The notes beneath the pieces are model-generated. The model made no database searches. It had not been told where the DNA came from and was given only the letters and a program-made list of their open reading frames with translations. The position numbers and the translations under genes were made by a program. Below are positions 55,016-64,000 of a stretch of 64,000 bases of DNA, piece after piece. The DNA is from an uncultured bacterium (GTDB taxonomy: Bacteria > Edwardsbacteria > AC1 > EtOH8), in contig CAZPNX010000012.1 in assembly GCA_964588285.1 (NCBI GenBank), forward strand, positions 5,329-69,328. The letters are read 5' to 3'. Position 1 is the first letter of the stretch, and each line of letters starts with the position of its first letter.

Positions 55016-55657
55016 TTAGGCGCAGATCAGCTTTCCCGAGAGCCAGCGGAACACCCTGGCGTATCCGTTGAACAGGTGGAAGCTGAGCACCAGCAGCAAC
55101 AGGCCGAAGACGACGATCCCGGCAGCCTGCCAGGGGCCGGAGATGGCCAGCAGCTGTACGTCGTCGACGTGGACCAGGCCGTTGTGCTTTATGAAAGGCA
55201 CCGCCACCAGCGACAGGGAGACCGAAAGCATGACCATCATCAGGACGAAGGCGCCCAGCCCCAGGGGGAACTTGAGGAACAGGAACCCCAGCCCCTTCCA
55301 GGTGAGGCTGCTGGAGAGCCTGGCGCGAAACCACGGCCAGGCTCTCTTGGCCTCGGCCCAGCGTAGGATGGGCTCCGGCCTGGTCTCCAAGTTCAGCAGC
55401 CACTTGGCCTGGAGCCGCTCCAGCTTAACCAACTGCCGCCAGAGCATCAGCACCATGACCAATAAGGGGAGGCCGACCACCACCAAGTACAGCCCGATCC
55501 CAAGCGAGATGCCGGTGATCAGCAGAATGAAATAGACAAGCCCCAGGGGAAAGGCCAGCAGCAGGTACAGCATGTTGCCGTAGGTTTCCGGCCTGGCCAC
55601 CACGCCGAAGACGTTCTTGAGACCGGTGACGAACCCGCCGACGTTTCTTCCATCCAT
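55016..55657 (-). CDS. Stand-alone putative sensor-domain (PF13796-like) membrane protein
   Basis: YLLLAFPLGLVYF...VGLPLL...LERLQAKWLL pattern; GGAGGA RBS before ATG 55657. Confidence 0.7.
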   Translation of the reverse strand: MDGRNVGGFVTGLKNVFGVVARPETYGNMLYLLLAFPLGLVYFILLITGISLGIGLYLVVVGLPLLVMVLMLWRQLVKLERLQAKWLLNLETRPEPILRWAEAKRAWPWFRARLSSSLTWKGLGFLFLKFPLGLGAFVLMMVMLSVSLSLVAVPFIKHNGLVHVDDVQLLAISGPWQAAGIVVFGLLLLVLSFHLFNGYARVFRWLSGKLICA

Positions 55658-55847
55658 CGGTATATCCTCCATTATTAATGACATCTGGAAGTATTACGAA
55701 TCGACGGCTGGAATGTTACAAGCAGGGGTAAACCCTTTTCATCAAAGTACCGGTTAAAAAAACTACGCAACCTAAAGCAATTAATTTCATTACAGATTGA
55801 CTTGAACGGCGTTGCTTTTCCCGTGGCAAATCATTTATACTTACATC

Positions 55848-56807
55848 ATGGATCTGAAGAGAAAGCTTAGACAGGATTATCAGGCCAGGGTCAACCGGGC
55901 CATGGACCACATCGGGGTTCATCTAGACCAGGAGCTGAGGCTCGATGATCTGGCCCGGGTGGCCTGCTTCTCGCCCTTCCACTTCCACCGCATCTTCGCC
56001 GCCATGGCCGGCGAGACCCTGGGCGACCACATCCGCCGGCGGAGGCTGGAGGCGGCGGCCATCCTGCTGCGCGACCGGCCGGACGAGCCGGTGATTGAGA
56101 TCTCCCTGGCCTGCGGGTTCCAGTCTCCGGCTGCCTTCGCCAGGGCGTTCCGGGAGAGGTTCGGCATGAGCCCCAGCCGCTGGCGGCAGGGCGGCCACCG
56201 CTCCTGGAGCAACTCTGGCAAAGCTCGAAGCAAGAGCGGCAAAGCGGAGCGCAAGCCGGGGAAAGCATCCGGTCTTCCATCCGCGTATAATTCCTCCGTC
56301 AACAGAACGGGAACAAAACGGAGGAGGAGGTGGACCATGAATATCACCATCAGGGAGCTGCCCGGCTACCACGTGGCCTACTCGCGGCACATCGGGCCTT
56401 ACGGCCCGGGCGTCTCCAGGCACTGGGAGGCTTTCCGCAAGTGGAGGCGGGCCCGCGGCCTGGTTGGCGCCGGGTCCGTAGCTCTGGGGATCAGCCACGA
56501 CGACCCCAGCATCACCCCGCCGGACAAGTGCCGCTACGACGCCTGCGTCACCGTGCCCGCGGATTTCAGGGCGGAATCGGGGGTGAACGTCACCGACATT
56601 CCGGGCGGCAGATACGCGGTGCTGCGCTTTTGCGGCACCGACCGGCAGATAGGCGAGGCCTGGAACTCGATATACCGGGACTGGCTCCCGGAAAGCGGGT
56701 TTCAGTGCGACGACCGGCCGTGCTTCGAGCTCTACACCGACGAGCACCAGTACCATCCCGACGGCAGCTGGGAGTGCGACATCTGCGTGCCGGTGAGGCC
56801 GCTGTAG
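55848..56807 (+). CDS. AraC-family regulator with C-terminal GyrI-like effector domain
   Basis: LDDLARVACFSPFHFHRIF, CGFQSPAAFARAFRERFGMSPS; C-terminal CRYDAC, YRDWLPESG, FELY; start set at ATG 55848. Confidence 0.92.
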   Translation: MDLKRKLRQDYQARVNRAMDHIGVHLDQELRLDDLARVACFSPFHFHRIFAAMAGETLGDHIRRRRLEAAAILLRDRPDEPVIEISLACGFQSPAAFARAFRERFGMSPSRWRQGGHRSWSNSGKARSKSGKAERKPGKASGLPSAYNSSVNRTGTKRRRRWTMNITIRELPGYHVAYSRHIGPYGPGVSRHWEAFRKWRRARGLVGAGSVALGISHDDPSITPPDKCRYDACVTVPADFRAESGVNVTDIPGGRYAVLRFCGTDRQIGEAWNSIYRDWLPESGFQCDDRPCFELYTDEHQYHPDGSWECDICVPVRPL

Positions 56808-56820
56808 CTACACCAAGTTG

Positions 56821-56846
56821 AAAGCCCCCGTTAAGGCGGGGGCTTT
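56821..56846 (+). terminator. Terminator
   Basis: AAAGCCCCCG-TTAAGG-CGGGGGCTTT. Confidence 0.75.
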
Positions 56847-56935
56847 GTCATTGAGCAGGGGATGAGTGGAGAACTTGTTTTTCATATAGGTATCTGATAT
56901 AGTTATCATTTATGTGATATCTATGCGAGGACGGA

Positions 56936-58015
56936 TTGAAAGCGAATAACAACGCCATCTTGGTCGGCCTCTGCCGAGACGCCAGGGAACTGAGGGCCGA
57001 GGAGGAGTCATTAGAGGAGTTGGCACGGCTGGCCCAGACCGCCGGGGCTTCGGTTTTAGATATAGTGCTGCAACGGCGGCCCCGGCCCGATCCGGCGCTT
57101 TTCATCGGAAAGGGTAAGGCACAGGAGCTGGCTCGGGATGTGGTCCGAACCGGAGCCGGTTTGGCGATCTTCGACCACAACCTCTCGCCCGGCCAGGCCC
57201 ATAATCTTTCAAAGATTCTGAGCTGCCGGGTGCTGGACCGGGCCGAGCTCATCATGGACATCTTCGCCCTGCACGCCCGCTCGGCCGAGGCTAAGATACA
57301 AGTGGAGCTAGCCCAGCTGCAGTACCGTTTCTCCCGTCTGGTGGGGGCCGGCCTAGAGATGACCGATCCCGGCGCCGGCATCGGCACCCGGGGGCCGGGC
57401 GAAAAGCAGCTGGAGTTGGACCGCCGCAAGATTCGTCATCGGCTGGCGCGCCTTAAGCAGGATTTAAAAAAAATTGAGACCCAGCGCCGCACCCAGCGCC
57501 AGTCCCGCTCAGGCATGTTCCGCGCCGCCTTGGTGGGCTATACCAACGCCGGCAAGTCCAGTCTGATGAATTTGCTTTCAAAATCCGGGGTCAAAGTGGC
57601 CGACCAGCTTTTTGCCACTTTGGACCCGGCCACCAGGGTGGCGGCTCTGCCCTCGGGCCAAAGGTACCTACTGACCGACACCGTGGGCTTTATCCGGCGC
57701 CTGCCGCACCAGCTGGTGGCCTCGTTCCGATCCACCTTGGAGGAAGCGGTCGAGGCCGACCTGGTGCTCCATGTAGTGGACTGCGCCCATCCGGCCCGCG
57801 ACCAGCAGATGCAGACGGTTCGGCAGGTGCTGCATGAGATCGGAGTCAGCGCCGAGGAGCTGACGGTGTTCAATAAGATCGATCTGGCCGATGGCCGCCT
57901 TTTGGATGAGCTCGGCCAGAGGGAACCGGGATCCTGCTTTATCTCTGCTCGGACGGGGCAGGGGAGAAAGGATTTAGAGATGGGCCTGGCCAGCAGGATG
58001 ATGTCAGGGCGCTGA
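56936..58015 (+). CDS. hflX: Ribosome-splitting GTPase HflX
   Basis: FIGKGK, GTRGPGE, VGYTNAGKSSL, QLFATLD, DTVGFI, NKID; TTG start uncertain. Confidence 0.95.
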   Translation: MKANNNAILVGLCRDARELRAEEESLEELARLAQTAGASVLDIVLQRRPRPDPALFIGKGKAQELARDVVRTGAGLAIFDHNLSPGQAHNLSKILSCRVLDRAELIMDIFALHARSAEAKIQVELAQLQYRFSRLVGAGLEMTDPGAGIGTRGPGEKQLELDRRKIRHRLARLKQDLKKIETQRRTQRQSRSGMFRAALVGYTNAGKSSLMNLLSKSGVKVADQLFATLDPATRVAALPSGQRYLLTDTVGFIRRLPHQLVASFRSTLEEAVEADLVLHVVDCAHPARDQQMQTVRQVLHEIGVSAEELTVFNKIDLADGRLLDELGQREPGSCFISARTGQGRKDLEMGLASRMMSGR

Positions 58016-58019
58016 AGGC

Positions 58020-59312
58020 ATGAGGCGGATATATCATCTTATATCCAACTATCCGGCGGCTGTCGCCGCGTTCACCCGCAATGCCAGGCTCTATTTGGCG
58101 GCCAATTTTCTCATCGGTCTGAGCTTCGCCTTCTCCGGCGTCATCTTCAACCTCTATCTGGCCCAAGCCGGATTCCAGGAGGGTTTCATCGGCACCATTC
58201 TCTCCTTGGGCGGCCTGGCCTTGGTGCTGTCAGCGGTCCCGGCCGGCATGGCCTCGGATCGTTTTGGCCGAAAAAAGACCATGGTCTGGGGGGTGGCGGC
58301 CGGCAGTTTGATCGTGCTGCTCCGGGCCTTAACCGTGGACCGGATCGCTTTGATAACTCTGGGCTTCATGGGAGGCATCTCGGGAACAGTCTTCAACATT
58401 TCGGCGGCCCCGTTCATGATGGACAACAGCCGCCCCCAGGAGAGGACCCAGTTGTTCTCCATGTCGTTCGCCGTGATGCTGGCGGCCGGGATACTGGGCA
58501 ACCTGATAGCCGGAAAGTTGCCCGGGATATGGGGACTGATGCTGCCGGGGACGAACATCTTCCAAAGATACCGGCTGACCCTGCTGATGGGAGCCCTGTT
58601 GTCGTTCGCAGCCCTGATTCCACTTTTGCGGATAGAAGAACGGCCGGTTGAAGCCGGCCCCAAGTCTAAGCAAGATTCTCCGCAGAGCCGCAGTGGTTTT
58701 ATTCAGATCGCCAGATTTTCCTGGTGCAACTGGTGGATTGGCCTGGGCGCCGGTTTGGTCATCCCTTTCTTCAACCTGTACTTCTCCAAGCGATTCAACG
58801 CCTCCAGCGGGCAGATAGGCCTCTACTTCTCGGTTTCCCAGGTGGTGACCCTGGCGGCAGTACTGGCCGGGCCGGCCCTGGCCCGGAGGCTGGGCAAGGT
58901 GCGGACGGTGGCTCTGATGGAGCTTTTATCCCTGCCCTTTCTGATAACCCTGGGGTTCGAGCGAAATCTAGGTATAGCGGTGATCTCCTTTTGGATGCGG
59001 GCCAGCCTGATGCAGATGGCCTCGCCCATATCCAACAGCTTCACCATGGAGCTGATCCCGGAAGGGATGAGGGCCCAGGCCAACAGCTGGACCATGATCG
59101 CCTGGAACCTTTCGTGGACGGTGTCGGCTGCGGCTTCGGGGTGGATGATGCAGCGCTGGGGTTATGCGGTGCCCTATTACCTGACGGCCGCCTGCTATGC
59201 GGTATCGGCCGTGTCCTATTACCTGATGTTCAGACGCTATGATAAGATGGGGACGGGCGGGTCTCAGGTTTTGGCCGTCCCGGCCGTTATCAAGGAGGTA
59301 GTCAGTGGCTAA
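58020..59312 (+). CDS. MFS transporter
   Basis: GMASDRFGRKK motif A; 12-TM pattern. Confidence 0.85.
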   Translation: MRRIYHLISNYPAAVAAFTRNARLYLAANFLIGLSFAFSGVIFNLYLAQAGFQEGFIGTILSLGGLALVLSAVPAGMASDRFGRKKTMVWGVAAGSLIVLLRALTVDRIALITLGFMGGISGTVFNISAAPFMMDNSRPQERTQLFSMSFAVMLAAGILGNLIAGKLPGIWGLMLPGTNIFQRYRLTLLMGALLSFAALIPLLRIEERPVEAGPKSKQDSPQSRSGFIQIARFSWCNWWIGLGAGLVIPFFNLYFSKRFNASSGQIGLYFSVSQVVTLAAVLAGPALARRLGKVRTVALMELLSLPFLITLGFERNLGIAVISFWMRASLMQMASPISNSFTMELIPEGMRAQANSWTMIAWNLSWTVSAAASGWMMQRWGYAVPYYLTAACYAVSAVSYYLMFRRYDKMGTGGSQVLAVPAVIKEVVSG

Positions 59313-60162
59313 GGCGACTTTTGCCATATTTGGTGCGGGACGGGTGGGCAGTTCACTGGCCCTGGCGTTTACTGGTGCCGGAAACCGGGTGCTCTCGATC
59401 TATGATGGCAACTTGGCGCTGGCCAAGGAGACCGCCGAAAGGGTGGGAGCCGAAAAGTCCGGTACCGCCCCGCCTGAAGGCATGGACGGCTCGAACATAG
59501 TGCTGTTGGCCGTGCCCGACAGTGAAATCAGGCCGCTGGCATCAAGGCTAGCCGACTGCGGATTTGTCGGCCCGGGCCAGATCGTCTGCCATGCCTCCGG
59601 ACTGCTGCCGGCTGCGGAGTTGTCTCCGGTCAAGCGATCGGACGCCGTTATCGCCTCCATGCATCCCATGTTCAGCCTAGCCTCAAGATTCTCAGCCCTT
59701 CCGGCAAAACCCTACTTCGGGCTGGAGGGAGAACCGGAAGCTTTGATAAAGCTCCGGAGGCTTACGGCCGACAGCGGATGGTCGGCCGTGGAACTAAAGC
59801 CGGAACAGAAAGCTCTTTATCATGCCTGTTGCGTCTTGGCCACCGGAATGAACACGGCCCTGCTGGGGCTTTCGCAAAAAATATTTCAGAAACTGGGCTT
59901 TGGTGCCGAATCATTGGGGATGGTACGCTCCTTGGCCTCAAGCGCCGCGGCCAATATGGTGGAATCAAAGATAGCTGACGCTGTGACCGGTCCGTTGATC
60001 AGAGGTGAGGCCGGGGCCGTGGCCAGACACTTAGAGGCGCTCGATAAAACAGATCTCCAGGCCGGGGCTGTCTATCGGGCGTTGGGAAGAGTGATGCTGG
60101 AGGTAGCGGAGGAGAGAATGGACAGCGAGTCAATGGATAAAATAAAAAAACTTCTTGCCTGA
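59305..60162 (+). CDS. Rossmann-like/DUF2520 oxidoreductase (PanG-like)
   Basis: GAGRVG, LLAVPD, HASG, SMHP, YHACC, TGPLIRG. Confidence 0.85.
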   Translation: MAKATFAIFGAGRVGSSLALAFTGAGNRVLSIYDGNLALAKETAERVGAEKSGTAPPEGMDGSNIVLLAVPDSEIRPLASRLADCGFVGPGQIVCHASGLLPAAELSPVKRSDAVIASMHPMFSLASRFSALPAKPYFGLEGEPEALIKLRRLTADSGWSAVELKPEQKALYHACCVLATGMNTALLGLSQKIFQKLGFGAESLGMVRSLASSAAANMVESKIADAVTGPLIRGEAGAVARHLEALDKTDLQAGAVYRALGRVMLEVAEERMDSESMDKIKKLLA

Positions 60163-60188
60163 ATTTAATCCCGGCATTTATAAACTTG

Positions 60189-60216
60189 AAAGCCCCCCGA
60201 TAACTCGGGGGGCTTT
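60189..60216. terminator. Bidirectional terminator
   Basis: AAAGCCCCCCGA-TAAC-TCGGGGGGCTTT between convergent genes. Confidence 0.8.
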
Positions 60217-60234
60217 CTGTCGCCAGTTGTTTGA

Positions 60235-63200
60235 TTATTTAACCAGGATCATCTTCCTCGAGAGCAACCCGCTCTCGGACTCCAGAGCGCAGAAGTAGAC
60301 GCCGGCCGAGACGTGCTTGCCCGCGTCGTCCCTGCCGTCCCAGGCCAACGAATGGTTCCCGGCCTCCTGGACGCCGTTCATCAGTGTTCTCACCCGCTGT
60401 CCGGCCACGTTGTAAACGCTCACCCGGACATGCTGCTTGGACGGCAGCTGGTAGGCCAGGGCGGTGGCATTGCTGAACGGGTTGGGCCGGTTCTGATAGA
60501 GTAAGGCCCGGCCCGGAACCAGGGGCTGCATAGGCCCGCCGGCCACCCCGGTGAGGAAGGTGCGGTCGTAGACGGCCTGGGCCGAGTCGCACATGGACCA
60601 GAACTCGACCGAGGTGTCGGCGGCCACGAAGGCGAAGGCCACCATGGTGGAGTCGCCTGGGCTAAGGCTGAACGGTCCGGCCGAGATCCACAGCGAGTAG
60701 TCGGCCGAGTCGGTGGCCGCCATAGCGCTGGCCTTCTTCAGGGTGCCGTTGAGGAACTTGAGGGCGGTGGAGTCGTTCCAAAGGTTGACGGTGCTGTAGA
60801 CGTAGCCCGGGTAGGTGGCGTTGACGTGGTTGTTGCGCATCAGCGAGGCGTTGCGGTAGGTGCCCTCCAGCAGCTTGAGGCCGACGCAGGGGTTCTGGGT
60901 GGTGCGCTGCCTCATGTAGACGGCCTTGCGCACCAAGGTGTCGGCCTCGCCGATGTTGGTGGCGGCCGCGGCCCCCATGTCGAAGTCGGCCACGATGCCG
61001 GCGTACATGTTGTTCAGGGCTGAAGCGCCGCCGTTCTTGAGCTTGTAGCGCAAAACCACGAAGTCGTAGGGGGCGATCCAGGCGTAGCCCATCTGGGTGA
61101 CCTGCAGGCCCTGGGTCCGGGCGGAGCCGCCGAACCAGGCGCTGGAGTCGTTGAACTCGGCCCAGCTGTCCTGGTTGGAGATAATGGAGCCCAACATGGT
61201 GACTCCGCTATCGGGCCGGGTGTAACACTTCCAATCGGTGTTGCCGCTGTCGGAGCCTGTCTGTCCGGTGCTGGGGTAGAAGCGGTCCACCACATAGTTG
61301 TTGGCATTGCCGGCCACGAAGGAGGAGTGATAAAGCCAGGAGGTGGACGATGACGGGTATTTCATTCCGTTGCCGGTTGTATTCACGGTAAGATAACCGA
61401 TGGAGCCCCACTTGGTCACCGACAGGGTGACGTTGCCCACGTTATGGTCGGCCCAGGCGTAGCGGGCGATGCCGCAAACCAGGTTGAAGTTGATGTCGGA
61501 GCTGTCGCCGGTGGCGCTCACCCAGTGAAGGACAAAGGGGATGGTGGTCCCCTCGGGGGTGGCGGCGCTCATGGTCACCAAAAAGGCGTCGCCGGCCGAG
61601 GTGCCGCCGCCGGCAGCGATATTGCCGTAGTCGGCGGTGGAGTCAACCCGGGTGACATAGCCGGAGGTGGTCCGCAGCTTGGCATTAACGTTGGTGGCGT
61701 CCACCGGCCCGCTGTTCACCAGCACGATGCGGATGGTGTCGGTTTCTGACGGGTCCAGACGGCCGTTGGGCCTGACCTGGCCGGCGTCATGTACGGTGGT
61801 GGAGTTTATTCCGACCAGCGGAGCCGGGGTCCAGCTCAGCTGACCTGAGAGCCTGCCGGTGACGGCCACGGCATAAGGCTGGGGCCCCTGCGGGGTGTTC
61901 TTGGCCGAGACCTTCAGCTTCCAGGCGCCGGGGCGGTAGGCCCCGGACAGGCGGCGGAAGTTCTCCTCGACGTTGAGCGAGTCGTAGTTGCCGCTGTTGG
62001 GAGTGGAGACGCTGGAGCCGAAGACGTTGCCTTTGTAGGTGGTGCCGTAGGGGTCGGTCAGCATCATGTCCAGGTCGTTGACCAGCTGGCGGCCGGCGCC
62101 GGGCTGTCCCGGATAGTCGGTCCAGCAGAGGGCGGCCCGGAACTGGCCAAGGCTGTCGGCCACGGTGAAGGTGTACTCCTTGTACTGGCCGGTCTGCAGG
62201 CCGGTGGCGTCGTCTACCACCGCCAGCTTGCGGGCATCGCCGTCAAAGAACAGGGAGCTGTCCAAATTCACCCGGCCCCAGCCGTACCGGGTATCGGGAA
62301 TGGCAGGGGTGCCCTTGTCGGCGCCGGCCAGCAGGGTGGCCTTCATCAGGGCGGCCGAGGGGACGAAGGCGTCGGCCGGGGTCTTTATTCCAGATGGGTA
62401 CCAGCCCTCGGTATAGTACTGGCGGACCAGCACCGTGGCGCCGGCCGCGGCCGGGCAGGACATGCTGGTGCCCATCATCTGGATGTAGCCGGTGTTGCCC
62501 GAGCCGTTGACCGACCACAGTCCGGTGTTGGCGGTCTGGCCGTCGCCTGGGGCCACCACCATGGGCTTGGTGCGGCCGTCCTGGGTGGGGCCGTACACCG
62601 AGAAGGTGGCCAGGGTGGCGGCATTGGCGCCGTTTCTGCTGGCACCCACTGAGATACAGTTCTTGGAGACGGCCGGCCGGCCCACATAGTTGCCGCCATC
62701 GGTGTTGCCCTGAGAGAAGAAGGGCAAAAAATCCTTGTTGGCCCAGGTATACTGGTCCAGGCTCATGCACTGGGCATCGTAGGGCATGGGGCCCGAGGTC
62801 TGCTGGCTGCCCCAGCTGTTGGACATGATATAGGCCCGGGTCTCGGGGTAGCCGGAGACCCCGCCGTGGGGCGGGCCGAACAGGTAGGCCAGGTCGTTGT
62901 AGCCCCAGATGCCGGAGGTGGAGCCGCCGCCGTCCATGAAGTAGATGCGGGCCTTGTAGGCCATGCCGTCGTAGGCGCTGCTCCCGCCGTTGATGGAGTC
63001 GTCACCGCACAGGGTTCCCCCGGTGTGCGATCCGTGATAGTAGTTGACGGCCTCGTCGCCGAAGGTGGCTTCGCCGATCTGTTTATAGGCCACCACCTTG
63101 CGGTGGGTGGGATAGTCGCCCCAGGTGGTCAACGGCACCGATGAGTCGTAGAACATGTTGTGGGTCACCCGTATGCCCGAGTCAGAGGACGAAAGCACCT

Positions 63201-63969
63201 GGCCCTCGCCGCGGAGTCCTTTGTTCCAAATCCTCCGGCTGGTAGAATCGTTCGCCTGGACCACCCACTGGCAAAGGGCGTTGTGCAGCCGGTTGGGATA
63301 CCAAGGTTCGATCCAGGAAATCTGGCGCATTCCGGCCACGGACTCCAGGGCCTCAAGCGGCAGGTCGGTCTTGATCATCTTGTTGAACTCGGAGACGGTG
63401 GACTCGAGCACCTCGACGCCCATGGCCTTGAGGCCGTCCAATACCAGGTTGATATCCTCGTCATAGTGGACCAGGATGACCGTTGTCAGCCGGCCCTCTC
63501 TGGCCTTGAGCTCGGGCTGGCCCGAAATCTTGTAGGCCGGTTGGTAGAGTCCCAGCCACCGCACTGCCGGGTGCAGGCGGGCCTGGTTCTCCAAGCTTGG
63601 ATCCATCCTCACCACGAAGGCGTAATTGGGCAGGTACCAGAGGAACTTGACGCCGCGTTCCGACAGGTCGCGCTTCCAGGCCTCCTGGATAGGGCCGGCG
63701 AACTGGATGACATAATAGCCGGGCTGTCCCTCCTGGTAGCTTTTGATGGTCAGGGATGGGGGCAGGTCCGGCTCCGGCCGGTCGGTGTCGATGACGATGC
63801 CGTTGGACAGGAGGATGAGGTTGGCCCCGCCCAGGGGCTCGGGCTGGAACTGGCCGGAGGCCGATTCGGAGATCAGGGCCGCAGGGTGGCTGGCGGAGCC
63901 CGCTGCCATAAGCGAAGCACAGGCTAGTGCCAGGGCCGCCGCAGCCAACAGAGTTCGTTTGGAAACCAT
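60235..63969 (-). CDS. Secreted S8 subtilase (KP-43/kexin-like) with Ig-like domains and C-terminal FlgD-Ig/CTD-like domain
   Basis: Triad SSDSGI / HGSHTGG / GTSMSCP; SAALMKATL, GWGRVNL, LVNDLD; ends NRPNPFS...YNVAGQRVRTL...WDGRDD...GVYF...RKMILVK. Confidence 0.9.
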   Translation of the reverse strand: MVSKRTLLAAAALALACASLMAAGSASHPAALISESASGQFQPEPLGGANLILLSNGIVIDTDRPEPDLPPSLTIKSYQEGQPGYYVIQFAGPIQEAWKRDLSERGVKFLWYLPNYAFVVRMDPSLENQARLHPAVRWLGLYQPAYKISGQPELKAREGRLTTVILVHYDEDINLVLDGLKAMGVEVLESTVSEFNKMIKTDLPLEALESVAGMRQISWIEPWYPNRLHNALCQWVVQANDSTSRRIWNKGLRGEGQVLSSSDSGIRVTHNMFYDSSVPLTTWGDYPTHRKVVAYKQIGEATFGDEAVNYYHGSHTGGTLCGDDSINGGSSAYDGMAYKARIYFMDGGGSTSGIWGYNDLAYLFGPPHGGVSGYPETRAYIMSNSWGSQQTSGPMPYDAQCMSLDQYTWANKDFLPFFSQGNTDGGNYVGRPAVSKNCISVGASRNGANAATLATFSVYGPTQDGRTKPMVVAPGDGQTANTGLWSVNGSGNTGYIQMMGTSMSCPAAAGATVLVRQYYTEGWYPSGIKTPADAFVPSAALMKATLLAGADKGTPAIPDTRYGWGRVNLDSSLFFDGDARKLAVVDDATGLQTGQYKEYTFTVADSLGQFRAALCWTDYPGQPGAGRQLVNDLDMMLTDPYGTTYKGNVFGSSVSTPNSGNYDSLNVEENFRRLSGAYRPGAWKLKVSAKNTPQGPQPYAVAVTGRLSGQLSWTPAPLVGINSTTVHDAGQVRPNGRLDPSETDTIRIVLVNSGPVDATNVNAKLRTTSGYVTRVDSTADYGNIAAGGGTSAGDAFLVTMSAATPEGTTIPFVLHWVSATGDSSDINFNLVCGIARYAWADHNVGNVTLSVTKWGSIGYLTVNTTGNGMKYPSSSTSWLYHSSFVAGNANNYVVDRFYPSTGQTGSDSGNTDWKCYTRPDSGVTMLGSIISNQDSWAEFNDSSAWFGGSARTQGLQVTQMGYAWIAPYDFVVLRYKLKNGGASALNNMYAGIVADFDMGAAAATNIGEADTLVRKAVYMRQRTTQNPCVGLKLLEGTYRNASLMRNNHVNATYPGYVYSTVNLWNDSTALKFLNGTLKKASAMAATDSADYSLWISAGPFSLSPGDSTMVAFAFVAADTSVEFWSMCDSAQAVYDRTFLTGVAGGPMQPLVPGRALLYQNRPNPFSNATALAYQLPSKQHVRVSVYNVAGQRVRTLMNGVQEAGNHSLAWDGRDDAGKHVSAGVYFCALESESGLLSRKMILVK

Positions 63970-64000
63970 CGCCTTCCTTTCGAAATTGAGTTGTTTTTTT

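Noticed and set aside
1-64000. CRISPR array, cas genes, rRNA, prophage, integrase
   Set aside because: No regularly spaced direct repeats and no motifs for these were seen on reading

Overview
GC-rich bacterial chromosome segment. My inference is an FCB-related lineage outside Bacteroidota (TA06/Edwardsbacteria/WOR-3-like), judged only from gene content: many proteins with C-terminal FlgD-Ig/CTD-like domains, a C25 gingipain-like protein and two PorV-like barrels. Contents in order: a T9SS-like cargo/C25/PorV cluster (1-7.4 kb); a Moco-type riboswitch with terminator ahead of tupABC-moeA-mobB (7.4-12.1 kb); rho-rpmE-thiC-dinG-yhaM, a ferritin-like gene, a ferredoxin and an OMP (12.6-20.6 kb); a minus-strand block with recG, mglA, galT, PPIase, polyprenol kinase, PorV-like, GH-like and SemiSWEET genes (20.8-30.6 kb); tRNA-Asn followed by HEAT, TPR, CsgG-like and large secreted genes, then PIN-PhoH, GroES-like and HAD genes (30.8-41.2 kb); a minus-strand envelope-stress-like operon (DUF2089, DUF4097, DUF5668 x2, MFS) carrying four copies of a SHOCT-like module and several micro-ORFs missing from the ORF track, including two paralogous 45/46-aa peptides behind a perfect sigma70 promoter (41.2-46.1 kb); ROK, an AT-rich patch with an intact IS3 element sitting between two gene fragments, then valS, a PEGA protein, a stand-alone sensor-domain gene, AraC-GyrI, hflX, MFS, DUF2520 and a large S8 protease (46.2-64 kb). 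No CRISPR array, rRNA or prophage was seen. All product calls come from motif recognition by eye; no database search was run.
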